Part shown: piece by piece, positions 18,302 through 28,389 of the stretch
Numbering within the stretch: the first letter of the stretch is position 1
How the letters are laid out: each line of letters starts with the position of its first letter
IMG/VR virus record: IMGVR_UViG_3300036770_004943
Location: 1 to 64,000 of that record
Direction: 5' to 3' (one strand)
Origin: a virus
Taxonomy: Duplodnaviria; Heunggongvirae; Uroviricota; Caudoviricetes
Length of the DNA: 64,000 nt
The notes under the pieces: model-generated
Database searches by the model: none
What the model was told of the DNA's origin: nothing
Seen by the model: only the letters and a program-made list of their open reading frames with translations
Translations under genes and position numbers: made by a program

Positions 18302-18895
18302 TTAAATATTAGTTAATTTAGTTACAGTTAGACTAAAACTAACTGGCATTTGTACATTACCTGATGGTGGTGTTATTGCTAACAAAATACTAACACCTTT
18401 AGGGAATACTAAATTCGCCGAAACTTGGTTGTACACGTTAACTGGAAAAGCTAATTGAAATGTAGGGGTTAAACCTGTAAATCCACCAGCACCTGTGGGC
18501 GAACCATACTTAAACGTACCATCCAAACTATTGGAACTACCAAAATTGGTGTTTAGAGGATTAAAATCTACCCAAGTTCCAGTTAAAGAAGATTCGTTAA
18601 CATTTTGATAAACATTCACTAAATAATTTTGGAATGTTGCACCCGATGCCCATCTAGCTTGTGAAGAAAAAGATTTTGAAAATAAAGAAACATCCTCCTC
18701 AAATTTAAAGTATAAAACACCATTTGCAGTGTCACTAGTTTGGGTTAAGAAAGGAGTACCAATGACGTAAGTATCACCATTAATAGCTCCCTCAATTTGA
18801 CTGTCTTCAACAACACCCCTAACTTCAAGTCTATTGGTACTATCTACTTTGGTTGCAAAACCTTTTCCTGTTCCGTCTTCTATAATTGTTGCCAT
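18302..18895 (-). CDS. Paralog 1 of the six-gene tandem family (197 aa).
   Basis: MATIIEDGTGKGFATKVDSTNRLEVRGV, plus NFGSSNSLDG. Confidence 0.65.
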   Translation of the reverse strand: MATIIEDGTGKGFATKVDSTNRLEVRGVVEDSQIEGAINGDTYVIGTPFLTQTSDTANGVLYFKFEEDVSLFSKSFSSQARWASGATFQNYLVNVYQNVNESSLTGTWVDFNPLNTNFGSSNSLDGTFKYGSPTGAGGFTGLTPTFQLAFPVNVYNQVSANLVFPKGVSILLAITPPSGNVQMPVSFSLTVTKLTNI

Positions 18896-18903
18896 ATTTT
18901 ATA

Positions 18904-19128
18904 TTAATCTATTTCATCATTTTCAAAAATGTTATCATCAATTATGAAATCATTTTCATGTGCTTTATACATATTATTTATTCTTAATTGATGTATTATT
19001 TTTTGAGTTTGAGTTGACATATCTATTATTTGGTTATTTTGGGTTAACAAAACATTATTTATTTCTGTTAACTTTTCCGTTAAAGAATCCAAACTTAATA
19101 TTTGTTTATTTTGTAATAACATACCCAT
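18904..19128 (-). CDS. Small hypothetical protein (74 aa).
   Basis: ORF in operon context between fiber genes and the paralog array. Confidence 0.4.
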   Translation of the reverse strand: MGMLLQNKQILSLDSLTEKLTEINNVLLTQNNQIIDMSTQTQKIIHQLRINNMYKAHENDFIIDDNIFENDEID

Positions 19129-19149
19129 TTAGTAATAAATATTTGTTAT

Positions 19150-19488
19150 TTATCTTTTAGCTAATAATTTAATAGTTATTAACCCACGACTAGCGACTTT
19201 TAAATTTAATCTAATGTGTTTACCACTAAAAGTCCCTTTATCAATAATAAAATTACCTGAACCAACAGGTAAAGTATAATTTTGACTTAAATCGGCCCAA
19301 TTGGTGGAATCGTTACTTTGTTCTAAAACAAATTCATTATTGCCTTGTATATTTGTATAACAAACTTGTATAGATAGTGTTATGTATTTAGATACATCTG
19401 AACTAGTAAAAGCACTAACACCATTACTTAAATTGTAATTGTTACAAATTGTTTCCTCTAAAAATGTTTTATCAGGTAAAAACGCCAT
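19150..19488 (-). CDS. Hypothetical protein (112 aa), first gene after a promoter-like motif.
   Basis: ORF preceded on the minus strand by GAATATATTTATAGAATAAAAA-ATG (19489-19512). Confidence 0.5.
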   Translation of the reverse strand: MAFLPDKTFLEETICNNYNLSNGVSAFTSSDVSKYITLSIQVCYTNIQGNNEFVLEQSNDSTNWADLSQNYTLPVGSGNFIIDKGTFSGKHIRLNLKVASRGLITIKLLAKR

Positions 19489-19515
19489 TTTTTTATTCTA
19501 TAAATATATTCCTTA

Positions 19516-21042
19516 TTACATTTGTAACCATATTCCGTTACCTGTATTAAAAATTATTAACGCACCACCATTGGATTGTAGTACAACTGTGTTAGAATTT
19601 TCTGTGGAAATAATAGTGTCCAAACCAGAAGATACTATAGTTATGTTATTATTAAAAGAATTTAAACCAATATCTTTTATATCATATTTTAACCTACCGC
19701 TTAAAATTGAATCTGGTAAGTATATTGTTGTTGCAGATATTGACGAATCGACACCTAAAACATTATCTGTTGTTGTCGCTGAATAACTAGAACCTGAAAC
19801 ATAAGTATAATTATTACCAATTGTATTTATTTGTCTATACTCAACATTTCCTGTTAACTCATTCCTACCTAATATTTGTGTTAAACTATTATTTTCGGTA
19901 GGTGTTGACGATATACTATATGTGTCTGCGGTAATATTAGACTGAACTACCATATTACCCACTACATTTAAATCACCAAAATAAGATGTGTTACCAGATA
20001 TTGTATAATCACCTAACAAACTTTTTGTATTAACCCAAACAGGGGTTCCGTTATAAGAACCTCTCATTAATAAATCACCAGTAGTTGCCCCACTAATTCT
20101 AACGTCATGAATTTCATCCAACTCCCAACCGTTACTAATATTGACAAATATTGAACCTACGGTTGCATCAACTCTAACAACGTAACCAATTAAAACAGTA
20201 TGTTGTGGTGCGATAGGTTTTGTTGAAGTATAAGCTCCAGGTGTTGTTGGTGATAACCAAACAGGTGTACCACCGGTTAAACCTAAAGTGTTTAAATTAC
20301 TTATGACACCAAAAGTGGTGACATAACCTTCCGAACCAGAAGGTATTGCCAAATCAACCATACCCAAAGTTGTGACAGAATATCCGTCACTAACTGCGGA
20401 AGCTCTTTTAACTGAAGGTCTATTTCCTTGTGAACCTGAAACATAAACAATTTCACCTTTTTGTAGTGTAGTTGTTTCAGCGTTGTAAACCCTGACAATT
20501 TCTTCTTGACCTACTTGTAAATCAATAAAACCCGTCGTTGTATCACCAGCAGCAATATTTAAAGTACCAGTACCTGAGTCCCAACTAATACGACCCTCAG
20601 ATTGTGGTACAGTAGCATTTACATTAAAATCTATATAATCGGTATAAATGGTATTAGCAGTTAAACCATTTTGTATTATTGTACTACCAGTAACCAATAA
20701 ATTACCTTCATATGTTAAATCACCTTGAACATAGACATCACCAATAAAATTAGTATCACCAGTAACACTTAAAGTATATCCGTTAGGTAAAGATGAACCA
20801 CTAATTGTGACATCACCAAAAAAATTAAAATTACCATTAATTGTATCACCAGTACGATTGATTCTATCCCAACCAATTTGACGTACTTCAGTAGCACCAG
20901 TTAACCCTCCAGTATAAAGAGTATATAATTTGGCGTCAGCAGTGTTTAACGCCAACTCACCAAGAGTTAGTCCTGAAAGTAATGGTACTTTATCAACAAC
21001 ATTTGAACGTTTTAATAAAAACGTATTATTACGATTTGCCAT
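19516..21042 (-). CDS. Tail fiber protein (508 aa).
   Basis: N-terminus MANRNNTFLLKRSNVVDKVPLLSGLTLGELALNTADAKLYTLYTGG shares the MANR..T..LK.S..V...P...L..GE...NTAD..Y motif with 21163-23277. The remainder is G/T/S/N-rich and beta-strand-like. Confidence 0.65.
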   Translation of the reverse strand: MANRNNTFLLKRSNVVDKVPLLSGLTLGELALNTADAKLYTLYTGGLTGATEVRQIGWDRINRTGDTINGNFNFFGDVTISGSSLPNGYTLSVTGDTNFIGDVYVQGDLTYEGNLLVTGSTIIQNGLTANTIYTDYIDFNVNATVPQSEGRISWDSGTGTLNIAAGDTTTGFIDLQVGQEEIVRVYNAETTTLQKGEIVYVSGSQGNRPSVKRASAVSDGYSVTTLGMVDLAIPSGSEGYVTTFGVISNLNTLGLTGGTPVWLSPTTPGAYTSTKPIAPQHTVLIGYVVRVDATVGSIFVNISNGWELDEIHDVRISGATTGDLLMRGSYNGTPVWVNTKSLLGDYTISGNTSYFGDLNVVGNMVVQSNITADTYSISSTPTENNSLTQILGRNELTGNVEYRQINTIGNNYTYVSGSSYSATTTDNVLGVDSSISATTIYLPDSILSGRLKYDIKDIGLNSFNNNITIVSSGLDTIISTENSNTVVLQSNGGALIIFNTGNGIWLQM

Positions 21043-21105
21043 ATCTATGACTTACAAAAAATCCCTATGTAGGGTGAAATTATTAGGTTATATAACCTAT
21101 AAAAT

Positions 21106-21145
21106 AAATATCCCCAACCTTTTGATTGGGGATATTTTTATTTGT
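21106..21145. terminator. Hairpin terminator between two fiber genes (likely bidirectional).
   Basis: aatatccccaa-ccttttga-ttggggatatt flanked by T-runs on both strands. Confidence 0.5.
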
Positions 21146-21162
21146 AAAAATATTTGGTCTTT

Positions 21163-23277
21163 TTAATAAATACCGCCATCAAGGATATCGTCTTCCGCTA
21201 ACACCCTTTTACCATCAGGAGCTCCCGAATTTCCATTTGTGTTTCTAATTAAAATATCATTTAATTGGGTAAATAAACCTCTATTGGCGTTACCTGTTAA
21301 AGCAGTGTATTCGGTATTTGAATTTATGTTTGTATTACCAAACAACTGACCAATTTGTAAAGTTGAGTCGGTACCAGCTATTCCAGAACCATCTTGGATT
21401 ACAATACCTGAACCAATAGAAGTTGTTGTACTACTACCACTAGGATTGTAATTTAAAGTTATTGTTGGGTCTTCTATGTAAAGTTCATTAGTGGTAATTG
21501 TTGTACCAGTACCATAAACGGTAAAATTACCGTGAACAATTAAATCACCAATACCAGGGTTGGCGGTACTACCACCACTACCGATTATTAAACCTCCTTG
21601 ACCTATTATTGCTGTACTACCTGATGGGTTGTTAACTATTAGATTACCAATAGTTAATAAATCTGTAGATTCGTTATATTCAAAACCAGATTCGGTTTTA
21701 AGTTCACCACTTGGACCTACATAAACAACTTGACCAGATGTTAAATTTGTAACTGATAAACCTGAGAATGAATTGATATATTGAACTAAATCTGGTTCAC
21801 CCTGATTTCTTGAAATGGTTAAACTATTATTTGTTGGGTTATAAGTAAACCCAGTTACAAACGTATCGTTATTATCAATTATAGTTAATAAATTTGTACC
21901 ACCACTATAAATTATACCTGCATCAATAGTCGTTGCAGTGGTAGGACCTAATGAAGTGTTACCAGTAACAGTTAAATTACCATTAATAGTTAACCCACTC
22001 ATTGATGAGATAGTTACAAATAAATCAGGTTCACCTTCATTTTGTGAAAGTGTTATTGTATTATTTAAAGGATTGTAAGTAAAACCAGTTACATACGTAT
22101 CTGTACCATCAATACCAGTTACAGTAAATCCTGGTTTAGTATTATCATTATAAGAAAAAGAAATAGTACCGCTTGAGTAAGTACCGCCAGTTACAAATGT
22201 ATCTTTATAATTTAAGCTGTAAGTACCATTAGGTATGTCTTGATTATACTCTAAACTAATTGTAGCGTCAGGTGATGAATTACTAGAACCGGTAGAAGTA
22301 CCACCAGTCACATATGTATCGTTTACATCAATAGAACTTAAGTCTACAGGGTATGTTGTACCATCATTTTTGGTGAATGTAATATTTTTAGTAGTATTAT
22401 CATACGTACCACCAGTTGTAAAAGTATTTTCAGTTACAATACTGTAAGGACCACCTATAGGATTTCCGTGATATAAAAGTTGCGATGTTTGAGTGTCAGT
22501 ATTATTTGTCGCTTGTGTTAAACTACTACCCGTAACATAAACATCTGCTGTTTGTACAAAACCAGTTAAGTAACCATAATTAATTATCTCATTTGGGTTA
22601 CTTCCAGAAGGAGTTGTGTTATATAACCCAGTACCAGTTATTGTTAAATTATTAACTATTTCGGTACCAGTCACAAATAAATCGGTACTATTTAATGTAC
22701 TAATATTAGCCGTATTTGCTGTTAGATTACCACCTACATACACATTATTAACATTAATGTTTGTAGAAGTTACAGTTTGTAAAGACGATGTGCCGGTAAC
22801 AGTTAAATCACCATTAACATTTGTCGTACCATATAAAGATAAGTTATTAAAATTATCTATGGTTATTGGGGAAGCGGTGCTACCATCACTTAGACCTAAA
22901 GTTAAAGTATTAGCGACCCATGTACCACCAGTAACATAAGTGTTAGTACCATTAGTGATATCGGAGATATTGGCTAAAACAAAACCAGTAGTAGTACCAG
23001 AAAGAAATTTACCGGCTAAACCAGAGGTTTGACCCTGATATTGGGTGATTTGGTTTCTTAATCTTAAGTCATAAAGGTTAGAACCCACTTCAAAAAAGCT
23101 TGCTGTTGATCCTGTACCAGCAGGTGTCCATTCATTAGTGCTTTGAGTAACACCTGAAAAGTACATAATACCATCCGCAGTATTAATAATAGGTTCACCT
23201 TTTAATAAAGAGGTGGGTAACGGTCTATTTACAATATCCGAATTTTTTAATATGTGAGTTGTTTGCCTATTTGCCAT
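21163..23277 (-). CDS. Tail fiber protein (704 aa) with internal repeat modules.
   Basis: N-terminus MANRQTTHILKNSDIVNRPLPTSLLKGEPIINTADGIMYF. Internal repeats DTYVTGFTYNPLNNTITLSQNEGEPDLFVTISSMSGLTINGNLTVTGNTS and NDTFVTGFTYNPTNNSLTISRNQGEPDLVQYINSFSGLSV, a module that also occurs in 41025-44870. Confidence 0.7.
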   Translation of the reverse strand: MANRQTTHILKNSDIVNRPLPTSLLKGEPIINTADGIMYFSGVTQSTNEWTPAGTGSTASFFEVGSNLYDLRLRNQITQYQGQTSGLAGKFLSGTTTGFVLANISDITNGTNTYVTGGTWVANTLTLGLSDGSTASPITIDNFNNLSLYGTTNVNGDLTVTGTSSLQTVTSTNINVNNVYVGGNLTANTANISTLNSTDLFVTGTEIVNNLTITGTGLYNTTPSGSNPNEIINYGYLTGFVQTADVYVTGSSLTQATNNTDTQTSQLLYHGNPIGGPYSIVTENTFTTGGTYDNTTKNITFTKNDGTTYPVDLSSIDVNDTYVTGGTSTGSSNSSPDATISLEYNQDIPNGTYSLNYKDTFVTGGTYSSGTISFSYNDNTKPGFTVTGIDGTDTYVTGFTYNPLNNTITLSQNEGEPDLFVTISSMSGLTINGNLTVTGNTSLGPTTATTIDAGIIYSGGTNLLTIIDNNDTFVTGFTYNPTNNSLTISRNQGEPDLVQYINSFSGLSVTNLTSGQVVYVGPSGELKTESGFEYNESTDLLTIGNLIVNNPSGSTAIIGQGGLIIGSGGSTANPGIGDLIVHGNFTVYGTGTTITTNELYIEDPTITLNYNPSGSSTTTSIGSGIVIQDGSGIAGTDSTLQIGQLFGNTNINSNTEYTALTGNANRGLFTQLNDILIRNTNGNSGAPDGKRVLAEDDILDGGIY

Positions 23278-23296
23278 TTTTTATTTTATAAATATG
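23278..23296 (-). promoter_or_regulatory. Conserved late-promoter-like motif directly upstream of the 704-aa fiber gene.
   Basis: Minus strand reads CATATTTATAAAATAAAAA-ATG. Confidence 0.4.
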
Positions 23297-23303
23297 TAGT
23301 TAT

Positions 23304-23720
23304 TTAATATGTGCCACCTAATAAGTTATCATTTTGTAATAAAGAACTATTAGCTGTTAAAATTCTTAATTCACCTTGTGAGTCATAACCTAAACTAACT
23401 TCCGGTGTAACAACTCTTGTTGAAGCTGCCCATATGCTTGTCATACCACTAACTGTATTAACCTCCCTAAATCTTCTAATAGGTCTACCCAAAGATATTA
23501 AACCATCAGACGGTGGTACTATATCTGAAGCGATTGTAATTACATCGTCACAAGCTTCAATTGTGTTAACTATTGTAGAACCAGTACCACAATTATATAT
23601 GTCACCATTAACGGTTATAGTATCGGCTGTTAAATTTGATACAATACCATTGGTAGCCGGCTCAATTACATAAATTTTAGTAATGTCCCCATTACTACAA
23701 AAGTTGGACATATTCATCAT
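23304..23720 (-). CDS. Hypothetical structural protein (138 aa), possibly fiber or baseplate associated.
   Basis: ORF overlapping the upstream gene by 4 nt (ATGA). T/S/N/G-rich. Confidence 0.5.
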   Translation of the reverse strand: MMNMSNFCSNGDITKIYVIEPATNGIVSNLTADTITVNGDIYNCGTGSTIVNTIEACDDVITIASDIVPPSDGLISLGRPIRRFREVNTVSGMTSIWAASTRVVTPEVSLGYDSQGELRILTANSSLLQNDNLLGGTY

Positions 23721-24763
23721 AATGGTATTGTTCCTCTAAGTATTATTTCTGATATTTCTGAAGAATTATTTCTGACTATACTTATACCGATAACATCATC
23801 AACTGTTACGTAAAAAGGTAAAGTCACCGGTACACTGTTTACATAAATTGTGATATTAGAAATGTTACTAGTATCTATTGATGTGAAATTGGCTAAAGAA
23901 TCGGCCACAAAACTCACCGTTGTTGGGGAACCGACTAAAAATTGTATAATTAAATTTATAGTTTTATCGTTTTGACTTTCATCTTTAATAAATTTAGTTA
24001 CAACTTTCGGTCTTTTATCCTCAACCTCGTATGAGAGAATCGCTCTTTCCAAACCTGGTCTAATTTCAAATTTATCCTCATCTAATGTGTAAGCCATCAT
24101 TTTTAACTCATAAGTTTGAACATAGTATCTTTTACCCTCCAAATCATCAACAGTAGACTCATCACTAATACCTTCTAACATTATAGGGAAATAATGTCCC
24201 TTTATATTAACATATGATTGAGCCGAAGCGAATGTAGTTAAAACTTTTTGGTTTAAGACATTTAATTCATTCATTCTATACGTGAAAAATCTTATGGTAT
24301 AAGTTAAATCAACACCTACTGGTTGCGGTATTAAATAAACATTAGCGCCTTTTTTATTACCGTCCCATGTAGGTATCACTGAAACAGGTATTCTATAATC
24401 TTTTAATGGAATATTAAAATCTTGTGGGTTTGTACCTGGTTGTACATCTGGTTTTCTAACAACCGATATGAAAGGTATTTTTATATTTTTGTATTTATCA
24501 GAATTTTGCCAAGTTCTAGTAAATTCCGACCACCTCTGAGCCGTTAAAAATGACACAGGAACCAAATCACCTTCAATTACAACATTTAAGTCTTTTTTAA
24601 CCCAATCAACAAAACCGTTATCTAAATCAGCGAAATCAATACCTCTAGGTAAATTAGCAGGGTTTAAATCGTGATATTCAGGCCCTTCACCGGTTAGAGG
24701 ATTTATAACAGGTTTTGCTGTTAATAAATTTATATTTTTTTTTATTTTTTTAGGTAAAGCCAT
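23717..24763 (-). CDS. Hypothetical structural protein (348 aa), baseplate region candidate.
   Basis: Long ORF in the same operon as the fiber genes. No diagnostic motif. Confidence 0.6.
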   Translation of the reverse strand: MALPKKIKKNINLLTAKPVINPLTGEGPEYHDLNPANLPRGIDFADLDNGFVDWVKKDLNVVIEGDLVPVSFLTAQRWSEFTRTWQNSDKYKNIKIPFISVVRKPDVQPGTNPQDFNIPLKDYRIPVSVIPTWDGNKKGANVYLIPQPVGVDLTYTIRFFTYRMNELNVLNQKVLTTFASAQSYVNIKGHYFPIMLEGISDESTVDDLEGKRYYVQTYELKMMAYTLDEDKFEIRPGLERAILSYEVEDKRPKVVTKFIKDESQNDKTINLIIQFLVGSPTTVSFVADSLANFTSIDTSNISNITIYVNSVPVTLPFYVTVDDVIGISIVRNNSSEISEIILRGTIPL

Positions 24764-24770
24764 TTATACT

Positions 24771-25289
24771 TTAATAATTAGGTAAAAATTCATTGGCATC
24801 AGCAGTTACACAAGTTATTGTTCTATAATAACCTTTATAACCAATTCTTGTGTGTGCGTTATCTGAAAATATTCTACCGTCATTTGTTACAGTAAAATAT
24901 TTTATATTATCTTCTCTATCAGCATAACCAATGTAATCACCGTATGATATATCACAACCTAATTCTTCTAATTGATCCTGAAATACATGAAATGTTAGTT
25001 GACCGTAATCTAAAATCCTATTCATACCCCCAGAGTAAGATTTATTTTCTGCGGCATCTAGAGCCAATTTTACTCTTAATTCCTTGGGTGCTTTAAATCT
25101 AATTTCACCTGATTTAGCCTCACCATATACATCATCTACCTGAGTTTCTTTCCTATCAATTTGAAAAAGAACGACAACAAAATTTAAATCACCTTCTACG
25201 TATTCACGAGACATCTCTTTCTCAATACCAAAATCTACCTCGTCATAAAATTTACCAAGACGGTTTATTGGCCATTTCTTTTTACCCAT
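24771..25289 (-). CDS. Hypothetical structural protein (172 aa).
   Basis: ORF preceded by a promoter-like motif (25304-25323). First gene of the minus-strand structural operon in this block. Confidence 0.55.
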   Translation of the reverse strand: MGKKKWPINRLGKFYDEVDFGIEKEMSREYVEGDLNFVVVLFQIDRKETQVDDVYGEAKSGEIRFKAPKELRVKLALDAAENKSYSGGMNRILDYGQLTFHVFQDQLEELGCDISYGDYIGYADREDNIKYFTVTNDGRIFSDNAHTRIGYKGYYRTITCVTADANEFLPNY

Positions 25290-25368
25290 ATCGAATCTAT
25301 AATTTTATTAATAAATATTTACTAATTACCTATTTTATTTATTTTCCACAGTCAAAGTTTATATTTAT

Positions 25369-27192
25369 TTGACCATGGTAGATTTAACCAAATTAAAAAG
25401 TAGAACAAGTTTAGAAAAAATCCGTAATTACAAAGGATCAAATGATCACATCCTTAAAATGAAAAAAAAATTAGAGGATGAGGGCTTTTTTGTTTTAACA
25501 CCAAATCAAATACAGTACATAGAAGACAATTATAATATTGAACCGACAACAATAAATAAAATAGTAGAAATAACCTCTTTTCAGGGAGAACAGTTTAAAG
25601 AAAAATACAATTTAAAAAATATACCAGAAAAGGTTTTTGTCGAACAATTGTTATCTGAAAACGATAAATCCTACCATGTCAAAGGTAAGTTATATAAAAA
25701 TCAAAAAGAATCTGTGCTATTTCATATTGGTAAGACACAAATCCTAACAGACATGTTTTATGAACCTTATGAAGATTTAGAAGTAAATTTTGACTCGGTT
25801 AATAAGATTAATAAGAAAAAAAGAAGTTTGTTCCCGCACCAAGAAAACGCTGTTAAATTTTTATTAAAAAAAGATAAATCTATTTTATCAGATGATATGG
25901 GTCTTGGTAAAACTAAATCCGCTATTGCGGCAGCTTTATTGTCAGGTGCAGAAAAAATATTAGTTATTTGTCCCGCTAACGCAAAGATTAATTGGTTCCG
26001 TGAAATTACAGAATACATTGATGAAGAATATGTAACAATAGTAAAATCCGGTTTTTGGCAACCTAAGTTTTTCACCATTATTAATTACGATATTCTTAAT
26101 AGATTTCATGAAATAGAAGATAAACGAAAAAAAACCGAACCTAAAAGTTATATTAATGAAGAAAATTTTGATTTATTAATTGTCGATGAAGCACATATGA
26201 TTAAAAACAAAGGTTCTATTCGTGGTAAAGTTGTTTCACAAATTTCCGAAAATATTGAAAAAATTTGGTTGTTAACAGGTACACCTATTGCTAATAGACC
26301 AATGGATTATTATAACTTATTAAAGGTATGTAAAATTCCTGTAGCAGACAACTTTCAACACTTTGCTTATCGATATTGTGCAGCAAAATCTTTTAATAAG
26401 AAACTTAAATCAGGTAAGGTAAAAAGAATTTGGTTGACTGATGGGGCCTCTAATTTAGAAGAACTACACCAAAAAACTAAAAATTATATTCTTCGTCGAA
26501 AAAAAGAAGATCATTTAGATTTACCCCCAAAAATTATTTCACCATTTTATTTAGATTTAGAAAATCGTAAAGGTTATAAAGAGGCTTTTGATGATTATTT
26601 ATTTTGGTTAGAGGTTGAGGGTAAAAAACTAGGTGCAGGTAGACAAATGGTTGAAATGGGTGTTCTTAGGAAATTTCTTTCAAAAGAAAAAGTTTCAATG
26701 ACCGTGGATATGGTTCACAATTTTTTAGAACAATCTGATGATAAAAAAATTATCATTTTCACTGTTTTTACGGATTCATTAAAAGAACTTAAAAAAGAAT
26801 TTGGTGAACTAGCTGTTTGTCATAATGGTGAAATGTCTGATAAAGAAAAACAAAAATCTATCGACGAATTCCAAAATAACCCAAAAATCAGAGTTTTTAT
26901 CGGTAATATTATTTCGGCTGGTTCTGCTATTACATTAACCGCTTCTGATACTACGATATTTCATGATTTAGATTTTGTTCCGGCAAATCACCAACAAGCA
27001 GAGGATAGAAATTATCGTATAGGCCAAGATAAAACAGTTAATATCTATTACCCTATTTTTAACGATACTATCGAAGAAAAAATTTACGAAACGTTACAAA
27101 AGAAAAAAGAAATTATATCTACAGTTATGGGTGAAAAATTAGAATCCATAGATATAATGGAAGATTTATTAACTTCTTTATTAAAAAAATAA
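25369..27192 (+). CDS. SNF2/RAD54-family DNA helicase-translocase.
   Basis: Motif I DDMGLGKTKSAIAAAL, motif II LLIVDEAHMIKN, motif III LLTGTPIANRPMDYYNLL. C-terminal helicase domain carries IFHDLDFVPANHQQAEDRNYRIGQ (motif VI QAEDRxxRIGQ). Confidence 0.8.
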   Translation: MTMVDLTKLKSRTSLEKIRNYKGSNDHILKMKKKLEDEGFFVLTPNQIQYIEDNYNIEPTTINKIVEITSFQGEQFKEKYNLKNIPEKVFVEQLLSENDKSYHVKGKLYKNQKESVLFHIGKTQILTDMFYEPYEDLEVNFDSVNKINKKKRSLFPHQENAVKFLLKKDKSILSDDMGLGKTKSAIAAALLSGAEKILVICPANAKINWFREITEYIDEEYVTIVKSGFWQPKFFTIINYDILNRFHEIEDKRKKTEPKSYINEENFDLLIVDEAHMIKNKGSIRGKVVSQISENIEKIWLLTGTPIANRPMDYYNLLKVCKIPVADNFQHFAYRYCAAKSFNKKLKSGKVKRIWLTDGASNLEELHQKTKNYILRRKKEDHLDLPPKIISPFYLDLENRKGYKEAFDDYLFWLEVEGKKLGAGRQMVEMGVLRKFLSKEKVSMTVDMVHNFLEQSDDKKIIIFTVFTDSLKELKKEFGELAVCHNGEMSDKEKQKSIDEFQNNPKIRVFIGNIISAGSAITLTASDTTIFHDLDFVPANHQQAEDRNYRIGQDKTVNIYYPIFNDTIEEKIYETLQKKKEIISTVMGEKLESIDIMEDLLTSLLKK

Positions 27193-27242
27193 ATCTTAGT
27201 TACTATTATCTCTATTGTTGATATTTATGAAATAAAGCAACG

Positions 27243-28388
27243 ATGGCTCTAATAATAGAAGAAGCGGAAAAACAAAAATTATTTCGTCAAGTTAGACATA
27301 GATTAGGCGCTCCTTTAAGGAAGATAGAATTATCTGATGAACAAATGTGTACCTTATTAGAGATAGCTGTTGAAGATCATTCTTCATATATTAATGAATG
27401 GCTAATTGAGGCTCAATGGTCATCATTAGATGGTATTAATTTAGATACAACAGATTTGGCTAAAGCCTTAACAACTAAATCACAAGGATATGAAGATTCT
27501 TTTACTTATGCTTACTCAAAAATAGTTGGTTTACAAGCAAGAGGTCCTTGGGAATTAAAACAGGATTACGTCACATTAGAAAATGGTAGACAAGTGTATT
27601 CAATTCCGGCGGGACGTGAAATCAATGAAGTGCTATACTTTCAACCACCAACAGTGGATTATGCATTATATTCAAATTATGGTTTTGGTGATTATGGTTT
27701 TGGTGGAGGTATCTCTCAATTACCTTATGGTGCCGCAGGTGGTGGGTTTGGTTATGGCGGATTTTATTTAGCTCCGGCATATGATATTGTTTTAAGAAAT
27801 GCGGATTACAATTTAAAACAAAGACTTGTTAGTTCAGAATTAATTTATTGGTTAACAGCGGGACCTAGCGGTACTAGATTATTACACTTATCACCACCAC
27901 CAGGTAGTAGATTATCTTTTGGTAGGAGTGGGTTTGCTGGCGGTCAAACAATAAACGTGGGTGGTGCTAGAGTTTGGTATTGGTATTACGAAACCACTTC
28001 TGATGAAGACAGACAAAGATGTTTAAACGCAAACAAAGACATTGTGAAATTACCTTCTGACGTTCCAGTGGATGTTGTAAATTTTACTGAGTTAAATACA
28101 CCATCAAAACAATGGGTTAGAGATTGGTTTACGGCTTTATGTAAAGAAACCCTTGGTCGTGTTAGAGGTAAATTTGGTGGTTCACTTGGTGTTACCGATG
28201 CAGAAGTAACAATGGATTATGAATCACTATTAAGTGAATCAAGAGAGGATAGAACGACTTTATTAGAAAGGTTGAATCAAAGATTAGAAAGATTACGTCC
28301 TGATAATATGTTAACACGTAAAGCTACTGAAGCTGAACAGTTAAATAAAGCATTACAATACAGGCCTTTAGGAATAACAGTTATATAA
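27243..28388 (+). CDS. Hypothetical protein (381 aa) with a Gly/Tyr/Phe-rich central low-complexity segment.
   Basis: Long ORF. Segment YGFGDYGFGGGISQLPYGAAGGGFGYGGFY. Upstream of three plus-strand fiber genes, so possibly a structural adaptor. Confidence 0.55.
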   Translation: MALIIEEAEKQKLFRQVRHRLGAPLRKIELSDEQMCTLLEIAVEDHSSYINEWLIEAQWSSLDGINLDTTDLAKALTTKSQGYEDSFTYAYSKIVGLQARGPWELKQDYVTLENGRQVYSIPAGREINEVLYFQPPTVDYALYSNYGFGDYGFGGGISQLPYGAAGGGFGYGGFYLAPAYDIVLRNADYNLKQRLVSSELIYWLTAGPSGTRLLHLSPPPGSRLSFGRSGFAGGQTINVGGARVWYWYYETTSDEDRQRCLNANKDIVKLPSDVPVDVVNFTELNTPSKQWVRDWFTALCKETLGRVRGKFGGSLGVTDAEVTMDYESLLSESREDRTTLLERLNQRLERLRPDNMLTRKATEAEQLNKALQYRPLGITVI

Positions 28389-28389
28389 T

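Noticed and set aside
21086-21097. Perfect 12-bp palindrome ggttatataacc, and the nearby ccctatgtaggg
   Set aside because: They are short enough to occur by chance in AT-rich DNA, and the loop of the second is too small for a stable hairpin. The adjacent GC-containing hairpin at 21106-21145 is the credible terminator.
25767-26078. 103-aa minus-strand ORF
   Set aside because: It is antisense inside the SNF2 helicase gene, whose frame carries clear helicase motifs.
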